DNA of 64,000 nt from Octopus sinensis (taxonomy: Eukaryota): positions 14,570,001 through 14,634,000 of the forward strand of contig NC_043020.1 in assembly GCF_006345805.1 (NCBI RefSeq), written 5' to 3'. The position numbers were made by a program, and so were the translations under genes. Below are positions 38,816-51,830 of the stretch, piece by piece. Below the pieces are notes generated by a model, which made no database searches, was not told the DNA's origin, and saw nothing but the letters and a program-made list of their open reading frames with translations. Position 1 is the first letter of the stretch. The number at the start of each line of letters is the position of its first letter.

Positions 38816-39011
38816 CTGCAAAGAATTGAACACAGAGTTGGACTATTTTGTCTACTTCAAAAAAACACAAGAATATTTTGAAAATAGTTATCAACAGATT
38901 ATTATAGGTACTGTAACCTATCAAGTTGCTGGGGCATCAGTAAACAGACTAACACATTAAGTCACCCAACCAAGGATCATCCCACTTTAAACTGGATGGA
39001 AATCAGCCATT

Positions 39012-39405
39012 ATACGAGAGGTGCTGAAAAGTCCTTGGCTTTTGGTAAAAGAAAAAACAGGAAGATCAGTTAATTATGATTTTATTCAACATATTCCCCT
39101 CTCAGATTCACACACCTTCCTAACACCAATCACTTCTGCTGGGTGGTTGGCATTGGGAAGGGCATCCAGCCATAATAACCCTGCTAAAACAGATACAGAA
39201 GTCTGGTGCAGGCTCTTGTCAAACCATCTAATCCATGCCAGCATAGAAGGCAGGTGTTAAACGATGATGATGATGATAATTGCAGTGGTCCTTCAGTTTT
39301 TCAGCAAAAGACCTTCAAAGATTGGCCCCTCAACCAAGCCTTTCACAATACCCTTAAAGCCATGAACTTTTCAGCACCGCCTTGTGTGTGTATACATACA
39401 TACAT

Positions 39406-39442
<37 letters not shown>

Positions 39443-39655
39443 GGGTAGTGAAAAGTTCATGGCTTTGGGTAAAAGAAAATACATGAAGATCAGTTTATTA
39501 TGATCTTATTCACCATATTCTCCTCATAGATTCACACACTTCTTACAGTGGCCCTTCAGTTTTTCTAAGCTCTGTAAAAGAATTCCAAAGGTTGAGCCTC
39601 CAACCAGGTTTTTCGTGATACCCTAAAGTGAGGAACTTTTCAGCACCTGCCCATA
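39012..39655. mobile_element. Two tandem mariner-derived MITE copies, the first interrupted
   Basis: tacgagaggtgctgaaaagt...aacttttcagcacc termini; internal attcacacac shared between copies. Confidence 0.6.
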
Positions 39656-41359
39656 AGGTGACATCATTTGTCAGTTACAAAACTCTCCAGCTATACACAG
39701 CAGAATGGGAATCTGTTAACAATGGTATGGACTTGGTTGACAAATGTTACCTTGGCAACAGAAGAAATACTGACCTTATGGTTAGAAATCTACTAATCGA
39801 TTTGATCAGCTGTAATTGCTCTCATTAAACACTTGAAACCAGATTGATGCTAGAATTTTGTTAGTTTTAAAACTTAGTTCACATAAAAGTTACTTCTTTT
39901 CCTTCAGTCATTTACTCCTACATGTAAGACAAGGCACTTGTTCTGCTTTCTTCAGTCCATCAGATAAAACAATACACACAGAAAATCCACTTGTATTTCT
40001 AGATGAAGAGTTAAGCAAACTATATGAGTCACCATGATAGATCGTTAGCCACTACACACATTTTTTTCTCTCCTTGTTTCTTCTGTGTACCTTTCTGTAG
40101 AAGAGCATAGGCTCGAAACGTAAAAGACTTTTTCTATTCCTGAGCGTTATACTAATACATCTGTTTGTTTTGTACACCACCTGTCTTTGTCTTTTGTTTA
40201 TTTTCGTAAACTCTCTCTATAAGAAGACTAAGACAGAAATCTGTGGCAATAAACAAAAAACCCTTCTCATGTGTGTGAAAGTTTATCTTCATCATCATCG
40301 TTTAACGTCCGCTTTCCGCGCTAGCACGGGTTGGACGGTTTGACCGGGTCTGGGAAGCCAGGGGCCGCACCAGGCTCCAGTCTGAATCTGGCAGAGTTTC
40401 TACGGCTGGATGCCCTTCCTAACGCCAACCACTCCGTGAGTGGATTGGGTGCTTTTTACGTGCCACCTGCACAGGGCCGGAGGGTCCGGCATCGTCACGA
40501 TCGGTTCGAGCATTTTAACGTGTCAGCGGCACATGGGCAACGAGGTCCGGGGTACTTTGGGATCCAGGGTACTTTGGGGATCCGGGGTACTTAGAATGAG
40601 TAGGGGGTATGTGGAATTGCTGCAGAAAAAGCAGCCCGGGTCTTTGTAGTCACAGCATTTATCATCACTGAGTAACGTATTAGGTAGAGGAAAGAAATAC
40701 AGATATTCTAGAGTTGAGTTGGGGAGGGGGAGGTCCAGTTGAGGCGGGTAATATAGGAGGGCAACCAGTGGGGAGGTTGGGGTAAGGAGGAACGATGGCA
40801 GGAAGGGTTGGTGTAGGTTCCTAAGAAATAAAGACATTCGTTATCGTCACTGAGTAACGTTATTAGGTAGAGGAAAGAATACAGATATTCGAGAGTTGAG
40901 TTGGGGAGAGAGGGGGGGTCCAGTTGAGGCGGGTAATATAGGGGAGCAACCAGTGGGGAAGGTTGGGGTAAGGAGGAACGATGGCAGGAAGGGTTGGTGT
41001 AGGTTCCTAAGAAATAAAAACATAGGATATTACGAGGCGGGAGGGTGCTAAAGGGGATAGTCGGAATGAGGCAGTGTCAGGAGGAAGCATAAGATCGGTG
41101 GGCAGTTGATGAGCTATGGCGCTAGCAGCTTGTCTTTTCACAGTGAAAGCATATGAGGAGAAGGGGTAGTGGGGGGAGGAGGAGGGAGTAGGGCGTACCC
41201 GGTGTAGATGAGTAAGGCGTATCCGGTGTAGATGGTGAGGACAGGGTATACTGGTATTGGTGGTGGGAGGTGAGGAACAGTGTTCACCGGTATTGGTGGT
41301 GGGGGTGAGAACAGTGTTCATCGGTATCGGTATTGGTGGTGGGGGTGGGGGGCGGGCGC

Positions 41360-42101
41360 ACCGCCAATGGCTGAAAGATGGGAAGAGATGGGAAGAGATA
41401 GGATTACGGCTTGAGGTAGCCTGGCCTAAGGTTAAATTTTGTAGAGAGAGAGATAGAAAGATAAATCAAGTTATGGCGAAGGCTTGAAAGTAGCCTAAAA
41501 GGTTAAATTTTCGTAACAATGTATGAAGAAACGTAGTAACAACGAATAAAATAGTAAGATAAATTTTTAAGAACTTGCTGCGGACATCGAACGGGAGTTG
41601 AAATTGAATTGGGAATTTAAATTATAGAATCGTAATGGTGAGAGGAGGAAAAAAGACCGCCAATGGCTGAAAGATGGGAAGAGATGGAAGAGATAGGATT
41701 ACGGCTTGAGGTAGCCTGGCCTAAGGTTAAATTTTGTAGAGAGAGAGATAGAAAGATAAATCAAGTTATGGCGAAGGCTTGAAAGTAGCCTAAAAGGTTA
41801 AATTTTCGTAACAATGTATGAAGAAACGTAGTAACAACGAATAAAATAGTAAGATAAATTTTTAAGAACTTGCTGCGGACATCGAACGGGAGTTGAAATT
41901 GAATTGGGAATTTAAATTATAGAATCGTAATGGTTGAGGAGGAAAAAAGACCGCCAATGGCTGAAAGATGGGAAGAGATGGGAAGAGATAGGATTACGGC
42001 TTGAGGTAGCCTGGCCTAAGGTTAAATTTTGTAGAGAGAGAGATAGAAAGATAAATCAAGTTATGGCGAAGGCTTGAAAGTAGCCTAAAAGGTTAAATTT
42101 T
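41360..42101. repeat. Tandem repeat, about 2.5 x 295 bp
   Basis: accgccaatggctgaaag recurs at 41360, 41656 and 41950. Confidence 0.9.
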
Positions 42102-42666
42102 AATTAAAATCACAATGATTCACCATTGTTATTGTTGTTGTTTTCCCCTAGATCTATGTCATTTGGCATCCAAGGATAGTGATGTACAAATTATGTTCAC
42201 ACAAAACTTGAGTGTCTGAACCACTGAATCAGAAGTTAGTGGACCATAAATTCATAACACTACTAACCCTAACTTTCAAACAAGTCATTGAACACACCCC
42301 TAATCCTGCTTCAGAAAACATTCTCTATAATGGCTTGCTGTCCTAAAAATAAGATATATTTTCTCTTTTAACCCTTTAGTATTCAGATTATTCAGCTAAA
42401 GAATATGATGCTTATTTATTCAATGTTTTGAATTAGTCATGCATTATCTTATAGCTTCAAGATTTCAATGAGGAGACTGTATATTTTTAGAATGATATTG
42501 TAGGGTAGGTGTGAAAGGTTAAATCTTGCCAGTCTGGTTGAATATTTGGGCCAATTACAGCCAGATTAAATGTTAAAGGGTTAAACAGCCTTGTATGGAG
42601 CCCTGACAATCATGAAAACATTAAAAAATAACATAACATTTTAAGAGAGATTTCCTGATATCCTTA

Positions 42667-42795
<129 letters not shown>

Positions 42796-43271
42796 TCATT
42801 AAAACAGACATGACACACACATTTTCCTCAAAGCTTCAACTTTATTATAGATACTAAATTTCCACTATGGATATATATATGAGCAAAACGCACCCTCCCC
42901 ATCCAATGGATGGTGCTGAGTTGTCAAACATTTAAACCAAATTTTCTCAAAACAACTTGTCTGACCGTCCCATAGGCCTCCCCCCTTTGAGAAACACTGA
43001 TTTAACCTAAATTTGAGACATCGTGCATTTTTTACACATACACATAGTATCAATCGCAACAGCTGATGTACTTGCATGTACAAATGCACATTCCCACGGC
43101 TTTATTGATCGCATTCTCACCTGGAATCGATTTTTGTAATTTTTTCAAGACTTATACACACCCTGATAGTGTCGGTATCTACATATCAAATTTGAGCACA
43201 ATTGGATGGAGGATGCCTGAGATCCTAGAAGACACACACACACAGATAGACAATGGATTTTATATATATAT

Positions 43272-43305
<34 letters not shown>

Positions 43306-43357
43306 CAGCATGGAGAACGGACGTTAAATGATGATGATGATGATAATGATATATATA

Positions 43358-43455
43358 TTATAATTGTCTGTGTGAATGCATGTGCTATATCCTGTTATAT
43401 ATATATATATATATATAACAGGATATAGCACATGCATTCACACAGACAATTATAA
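43358..43455. repeat. Perfect 98-bp spacerless palindrome centred on (AT)10
   Basis: ttataattgtctgtgtgaatgcatgtgctatatcctgtt(at)10aacaggatatagcacatgcattcacacagacaattataa. Confidence 0.95.
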
Positions 43456-44654
43456 CAATCTAATATCAATTTTACTAATACACAAACAAACATAGAAGTA
43501 CACACATGTACAAACAAACACAGACAGAGACCAACAATAAAGTCTTTATATGGCTGCTTGATCTGTAAGAAAAAGCAGCTAAAATTTCTGACAAATCACA
43601 CCATCACTCCGCTAAAATCAAATTTGACATCAACATATAAACCAATATAAAGCAATAAAACATATAAACCAATAAAAAACCCCATAAAAAACACAAACAT
43701 ACATATATACATACACACACACTTCATAGGTCACTGACTCTGTTGTGTTCCTTTTCCTGTTTTTGCAATAATTATTAATCATCACAGACCAATTAGACCA
43801 CCACTATCAACAATAACAGCTGATAATCACTCTACTTCCAAATTGCTTGTTCACACACATCTATTTATATCCAAAGTTTCCAGTGACTCATACAGGTAAT
43901 CAGATTGAAAATCTGATTACCTGTACACAATCATCTTTTGTTTCACCTTCAAAGGAAGTATCGGTCATAGGACATGTCATTCAATTTATTGTGCCAAAAT
44001 ATATTGTAAAGTCAATGGCTGAAGTGAAAGACTATAATAGTTGCAGTATGAAAATAATTTGTAAGTTTTAAATGCTGTCAACTCATCCATGACAGTCCCT
44101 ACATTCACTGTTCTATAGAAAAACAAAGTTTTCGCAACAGTGCCTCATTGATTCTGCTGACTACACCAGTATTCAATAATTCAGCGATTCCCAACATGGA
44201 GCATGCACCCCACTAGTGGGGCCTGGGAAAATTGTGGTGGGGCATGAGATCCAACATTTTTTTTTGTTTTTAGTGGGACATGGAATTATGAAAATTGTTT
44301 TCTTCACAACAAACATACCACATATATATTCAGCCAAGCCAAACCAATCTCTCCAGCCAAGTATACTGTGTGAAGACTGTTTGTTACAGTATAGTGCTAT
44401 TATAATGCCCAAGTGTGGATATTTCTTTACAGAAAGTATATAATTATGAAAAATTAATAAATTATCAATCTTTTCATGTATTTCATACAAATGGCACAAC
44501 AATTTGCTGTAAAAAAAATTGAATGTGGTTGGAAAAATGAGTTTATTCTAAGCTCATCGTGATTTTTTTTTGTGTACTCAGTACTTTAATAAAAGAGTTA
44601 CTATTAGATTCATTTAGATTCAATAATTGTGATAAAAATATTATAAAGTATTTT

Positions 44655-45065
44655 GGATCTTTTCGGTTTGAACGGCAGTTTTTTCTAGCGGTGTCATATG
44701 AAATTGTCACCCATAATTATGGCCCTAGTATCGATCTACTGCATTTCAATCTGTTTTAGGGTTAGGGTTGGGGGGAAGAGTAACTTTTTTTCTTCAGAAA
44801 TGTAAATAAACCCAATCTGTTTCTTAAACGAGGGATATATTCATACGGTACAGAATGTTGTCACCTCAATAGACATCCATTGATTGGTTGAAATTGCAGA
44901 ATTGAAGAAAAAAAACAACAAATATCTTACAAACTATAGAATTTTCTCAATAAAGCCAAGAGAAAAAGATGTTTTATAAACACATTCTACCAGTATACGA
45001 AGTTTAAAAGTGTTTAGTTACGTGAAAATTAATTTAAAAAACTGCTGTTCAAACTGAAAAGATCC
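44655..45065 (+). mobile_element. MITE with GGATC termini, 8-bp TSD (agtatttt) and internal TTAGGG motifs
   Basis: TIR ggatcttttcggtttgaacggcagttttt / aaaaactgctgttcaaactgaaaagatcc, with a perfect 8-bp TSD. Confidence 0.85.
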
Positions 45066-45912
45066 AGTATTTTTACAACCACTGGTGGGACATACATTTT
45101 ACTGGAAAATAGGTTGGAAAACACTGCACTAATTGCTGCACATCATAATACATGACAGCATGCCCACAATAAAACCAGGATAGCCTAATTAAAAATGCTT
45201 TGGTCAATCAACTTTTTTTGTCCTGAACTGGTTTGAGCAGAGTTGACCAGAGCAGGCAGTCACTCTATATTTTGGAGTGTATGGACATGTTAAACATAAT
45301 TGTACGTACTTATATTTCAATCATTGCTGCTTTGTGTATCTCTAGTTAAATAAATTTAATTCCAGCTTGACAAAACTTTGCACACACCAGCAAATGTTTA
45401 ATTTGCTGTTTAACAATTCTTAATGGGTCGTGAATGACAGATTGAGTGCACCTAGCTGATGATGTGTAATGATGCTGAAACATGTCCTATGATCCAATGA
45501 CATCATTCATGGCCTAGTGCTGTGTTTTTCACACACATTGTCTACAAGAAGAATTTCTCTCCAGAGATGGTTTTCACATGGAGTTTTTTTCCATGTTTTA
45601 ATGTATGTGGACATGTTAAATGTGATTGTACACAGTGCTGGCACCACATAAAAAGCATCAAGTATACCTTGTGGAGTGGCTGGAGTTTGGAAGTGCATCC
45701 AATTGTAGAAACCATGCCATAACAGACAATGGAGCCTGGTGAGGCTCCTGGCCATACCAGCGCCGCTCAAACCACCCAATCCATGCCAACATGAAAAATA
45801 GATTTTAAATGATGATGATTTATAAGAAAATGAACATTTTAATTCAAATTCAAGTCAGTGAAACAAGAATTTAGACATAAAAAACAAAACAAAAATAAAA
45901 CAAGATGACCTA

Positions 45913-46134
<222 letters not shown>

Positions 46135-46754
46135 TCAGCAGTCACATAATGACCAATTATTTAATCCTTTAGCATTTAAACACCGGTCAGATCCGGCCCA
46201 AATATTGTCCTTGTTTTATGTTCAAGCCAACCAGATCTGGCTTCTCATACCTACCTGACAAAGTCATTCTAAAAATAAACACTCACATCATCAAAAGCTC
46301 GAAGCTACAAAATATGCATGATTAATCTAAAACAATGTGCTGCCCTGACTGGCCTCCGGGCCAGTGGCACGTAAAATGCACCATCCGAATGTGGCTGGTG
46401 GCACGTAAAAAGCACCATCCGATCGTGGCCGTTTGCCAGACTCGTCTGGCACCTGTGCAGGTGGCACGTAAAAAGCACCCACTACACTCACGGAGTGGTT
46501 GGCGTTAGGAAGGGCATCCAGCTGTAGAAACACTGCCAGATCAGACTGGGCCTGGCGCAGCCTTCTGGCTTCCCAGACCCCAGTTGAACCGTCCAACCCA
46601 TGCTAGCATGGAAAACAGACGTTAAACGATGATGATGATGATGAATGTGAATGAATAAGTATTATATTATAGAGTGATCTGAATGTTACAGGGATAATGA
46701 TTAAATTTTTTTTTATTTTGACTAGGCACAGTTGTGTGTGTGTATGAATGAATG

Positions 46755-47941
46755 ATCCCCTTTTTGATAGCAAGGACATCATCTACATCCACTGGGTTCC
46801 CTCTGGCCAGATGATCAACAAAGAGTACTTTGTGGAGATTTTGAGGGTGTTCAGGAAAAGATTTTGTCTCAAAAGGCCAGAGTTCTTCCGCTCGGGTTGG
46901 TGGCACCTGTACCAGGACAATTCCATCCTGGTAGCCAACTACGTGACAAAGATGGGCATCAAAACTGTCCCTCATCCTCCCTACAGTCCAGACCTTGCTC
47001 CCTGTTTTGACACAAACTTGACAGACACATGTCTCATAGGTGCAGGAGTGGCTGTGTGGTAAGTAGCTTGCTAACCAACCACATGATTCCGGGTTCAGTC
47101 CCACTGCGTGGCATCTTGGGCAAGTGTCTTCTGCTATAGCCCCAGGCCGACCAATGCCTTGTGAGTGGATTTGGTAGACAGAAACTGAAAGAAGCCTGTC
47201 GTATATATGTATGTGTGTGTGTGAGTTTGTGTGTCTGTGTTTGTCCCCCTAGCATTGCTTGACAACCGATGCTGGTGTGTTTACGTCCCCATCACTTAGC
47301 GGTTCGGCAAAAGAGACCGATAGAATAAGTACTGGGCTTACAAAGAATAAGTCCCGGGGTCGATTTGCTCGACTAAAGGTGGTGCTCCAGCATGGCCGCA
47401 GTCAAATGACTGAAACAAGTAAAAGAGTAAAAGAGAGAGTACCCAAGTCTTCAGTGATAATGGACTGAACTGAACTGTAACTAATTTTCACATCCTCTGA
47501 TAACGCAGAGACGGTAATTCGACAATTTTCCTCTCACAGCTGCATACACATCTCTGAAGTTTCTCTCAGTTCTGCCTGTTGTAGGTCTCCCAGAACATTC
47601 ATCGATATTGACATTTTTTCAGCCATCTTGGAAATGTCTGAACCACTCGTACACTTTGTGCGGCTGATACACTTCTCTCCATACACTTTCTGCAACTTTG
47701 TGTAGGCCTCTGAGCACGTATCACCATGACAACTTTCTCAGTCATGGTCAATGCGATGATCACATGCTACACACGTTCTTTCCAAGCACTGCTGTAAACA
47801 GCAGAAGTGAGCTAGAATGTTAAAATTTAGTGCACATACACAGCAGAGTTCAAGGTCAATCTGTGTCAAGCGGCTTCACTATGTGTGTTTTAGCATTGTT
47901 ACTATGGCAACAGTCCGGATACTTATTGATCAGATCTCGTA
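46755..47941. mobile_element. Mariner (Tc1/mariner) transposase remnant, internally inverted and interrupted by a SINE
   Basis: Minus strand 47941-47006 has a TA-flanked end, HTH (KVYEWFRHF...SGRP) and LG|MRHVSVKFV split by the SINE at 47039-47439. Plus strand 46755-47005 has the catalytic region ...YQDN...PHPPYSPDLAPC. Confidence 0.85.
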
Positions 47942-48044
47942 TATATATATATATAATTATTATTTGAGAGAATAAAATCCAAACTTACAAGGAAATAAAT
48001 TCAATTTAGAAATACTAAATCAAATTTCATACAATATAATATAT

Positions 48045-48405
48045 ATATATATATAAAAAATTAGAAAAAACCACCTTTTATCAATTCAAAATGAACAATT
48101 AAATTACACCATCTAGAAAATTACATATAATAGAAAAATTAAAATTAAAATAACAATAAAATGTCAAATATTAAGTAAATTGCAAAAAATAATAATAAAA
48201 CATATATAATAGTTTTTCTACCTATTAATATACGTTTTTATTATTTTTTTATTATTATTTTTTTGCAATTTACTTAATATTTGACATTTTATTGCTATTT
48301 TAATTTTAATTTTTCTATTATATGTAATTTTCTAGATGGTGTAATTTAATTGTTCATTTTGAATTGATAAAAGGTGGGTTTTTTTCTAATTTTATATATA
48401 TATAT
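48045..48405. repeat. AT-rich long inverted repeat with about 150-bp arms
   Basis: 48055-48200 is the near-perfect reverse complement of 48247-48393. Confidence 0.9.
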
Positions 48406-48497
48406 GAGACATAGGAAAATGTTCCAAGCATTTATGCCCAAGAGGCTACAGAAATTTTGGCAGTGTACACTGAAAGAGCAACAGGTCAAAATGTTTA

Positions 48498-48647
<150 letters not shown>

Positions 48648-49594
48648 TTAAATTTTATTTATTTGGTCAACATTCATCATCATCATCATCATCATCATCG
48701 TTTAGCGTCCGCTTTTTATGCTAGCATGGGTTGGACAGTTCAACTGGGGTCTGGGAAGCCAGAAGGCTGCACCAGGCCCAGTTTGATCTGGCAATGTTGT
48801 TACGGCTGGATGCCCTTCCTAACACCAACCACTCCGAGAGTGTAGTGGGTGCTTTTTACGTGCCAGATGAGGCTGGCAAACGGCCACGATCGGATGGTGC
48901 TTTTTATGTGCCACCGGCACGGGGGCCAGGTGAGGCTGGCAATGGCCACGAATGGATGGTGCTTTTTACGTGCCACCGACACGGGGGCCAGGCGAGGCTG
49001 GCAATGGCCACGAACAGATGTTGCCTTTTACATGCCACCGGCACGGGGGCCAGGCGAGGCTGGCAACGGCCACGAACGGATGGTGCCTTTTACGTGCCAC
49101 CGGCACGAGACCAGTCGGGGCGGCGCTGGCAACAGCCATGAACAGATGGTGGTGCCAGACGGTTCAAAAAATATTTTTCTGTACGTGTGTGTGTGTGAGT
49201 ATGTATAATATATAATCATCATCATCATTTAATGTCCATCTTCTATGTTGGCATGGTTTGAACAGTTTGACAGGAGATGGAGATTCAAAGGATGCCAAGC
49301 TCAACAGTCTTCTCTGGCATGGTTTCTACAGCTGGGCATCTTTCCTAAAACCAACCACTCTACAAAGTGTAATAGGTACTTTTTACGTGGTACTAGCAAT
49401 AGTAGTAAGGTTGGCAAATCTGCCTTTCACCCTGGCAGAGAGTCCCTTTGTTACCAAGAAAAGTAATAGCTCTCTGAACAGCATAGAAAGTGAAGGTTAA
49501 ATGATGATACATATAATAAATAAAAACATGGACACTGGTCAGATAAGAATCTTTTTGGTTTCCTGTTTGTGTCTGTTCAATGTGATCTTTATTT

Positions 49595-50003
49595 GGATCT
49601 TTTCGGTTGACTGGCAGTTTTTAAAATAATTTCCACGTAACTAAACACTTTTAAACTTCGTACACTGGAAGAATGTGTTTATAAAATATCTTTTTCTGTT
49701 GGCTTTATTGAGAAAATTCTATGGTTTGTAAGATATTTGTTGTTTTTTTTCTTCAATTTCTGAAATTTCAACTAATCAATGACGCCCATTGAGGTGAAAA
49801 CATTCAGTGCCGTATAAATATGTCCCTCGTTTAAGAAACAGATTGGGTTTATTTACATTTCTGAAGAAAAAAAGATACCCTTCCCCCCACCCCTAACCCT
49901 AAAACAGATTGAAATGCAATAGATCGATACTAAGGTCATAATTATGGGTGACAATTTCATATGACACTGCTAGAAAAAATTGCCATTCAAACAGAAAAGA
50001 TCC
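49595..50003 (-). mobile_element. Same MITE family in the opposite orientation, 8-bp TSD (ctttattt)
   Basis: Reverse complement of 44655-45065, with a perfect TSD. Confidence 0.85.
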
Positions 50004-50226
50004 CTTTATTTCACATCCATCTTTTCATGCTAGTATGGCTTTGACAAGTCTCATAACTTGTTGAGATCCTTCATCATCCAGTGCACACAGTTATAAGAAA
50101 ATGGCTAATATTTGGTATTAAAACAGATTTTATTATTTTTTATTTTCATTAATTTTCTTCCCCCGACAATGTCAGAAAACTCCTGATGAAAGTTAGTCTA
50201 AGAAGCCAGTGAAATCCACCAATTCA

Positions 50227-50382
<156 letters not shown>

Positions 50383-51378
50383 TCATCCAATATATCACAT
50401 TATTTTGTTGGAGTCATGAGAGCAAAATATAACACATTATAATTGTCAAATGGCCATTAGGAAATTATTTCTTCAGCTCACACAGTTGATTCCAAATCTG
50501 TTAATTTGTTGTCTTCCTCCAACCAACCCTATCAACTGAAAATGTTGGCTCAAACTGGGTTACTTGCATTAAGTTACAAACTAAACCAAGTTCCATGCTG
50601 ATCCTCCTCCTCCTCTACATTGTCATCATCATTTAACATCTGCTTTCCATGATGGCTTGGGTTGGATGGTTTGACAGGAGCTGGCTAGACAGAAGACTGC
50701 ACCAGGCTTCACTCTGTTTTGGATTGGTTCGTATGGCTGGATACCTTTCCTAATACCAAACACCCCACAGATAAGACTGAGAGATTTTTACGTGGCACCA
50801 ACACAGGCAAGGGTCTGTTTTGGCGTGCTTTTTACAGCTGGATGCTTTTCCAAATGCCAAACACTTTACAATGTGGACTGGATGCTTTTTATGTGGTACC
50901 AGAACCGGCAAGTTCACCAAATGACTTGCAAGACAAAGATCCTTTTAGAGTTTGGGGGTATTGGAGGCGGAGCCTTGTGCTGGGTGATGAGAGGTTAGAG
51001 TGTGACAGAGGGACAGAAACAGCTGTCTTGCTATAGAGGAGATACAAGATGTGTGAGAGAGAGAGAGAAAGAGAGAGAGTGGGGTACAGAAACAGATTAC
51101 CCTATTAAATTTTTCTGAAGATGAGACATCCTCCTTCTTGCCACACACACACATGCGCTTAAGGATGGTGCTGTAATAAAATACACTCAGCATATACTGT
51201 CAAACGGTTGGTGTTAGGTAAGGCGGCGAGCTGGCAGAAACGTTAGCACGTCGGGCGAAATGCTTAGCGTTATTTCATCTGCCGCTACGTTCTGAGTTCA
51301 AATTCCGCCGAGGTCGACTTTGCCTTTCATCCTTTCGGGGTCGATAAATCAAGTACCAGTTACGCACTGGGGTCGATG

Positions 51379-51830
51379 TAATCGACTTAATCCGTTTGTC
51401 TGTCCTAGTTTGTCCCCTCTGTGTTTAGCCCCTTGTGGGTAGTAAAGAAATATATAATCGACTTAATCCGTTTGTCTGTCCTAGTTTGTCCCCTCTGTGT
51501 TTAGCCCCTTGTGGGTAGTAAAGAAATATATAATCGACTTAATCCGTTTGTCTGTCCTAGTTTGTCCCCTCTGTGTTTAGCCCCTTGTGGGTAGTAAAGA
51601 AATATATAATCGACTTAATCCGTTTGTCTGTCCTAGTTTGTCCCCTCTGTGTTTAGCCCCTTGTGGGTAGTAAAGAAATATATAATCGACTTAATCCGTT
51701 TGTCTGTCCTAGTTTGTCCCCTGTGTTTAGCCCCTTGTGGGTAGTAAAGAAATATATAATCGACTTAATCCGTTTGTCTGTCCTAGTTTGTCCCCTCTGT
51801 GTGTAGCCCCTTGTGGGCAGTAAAGAAAGA
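51379..51830 (+). repeat. Tandem array of 6 x about 76-bp SINE tails
   Basis: taatcgacttaatccg recurs at 51379, 51455, 51531, 51607, 51683 and 51757. Confidence 0.95.
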
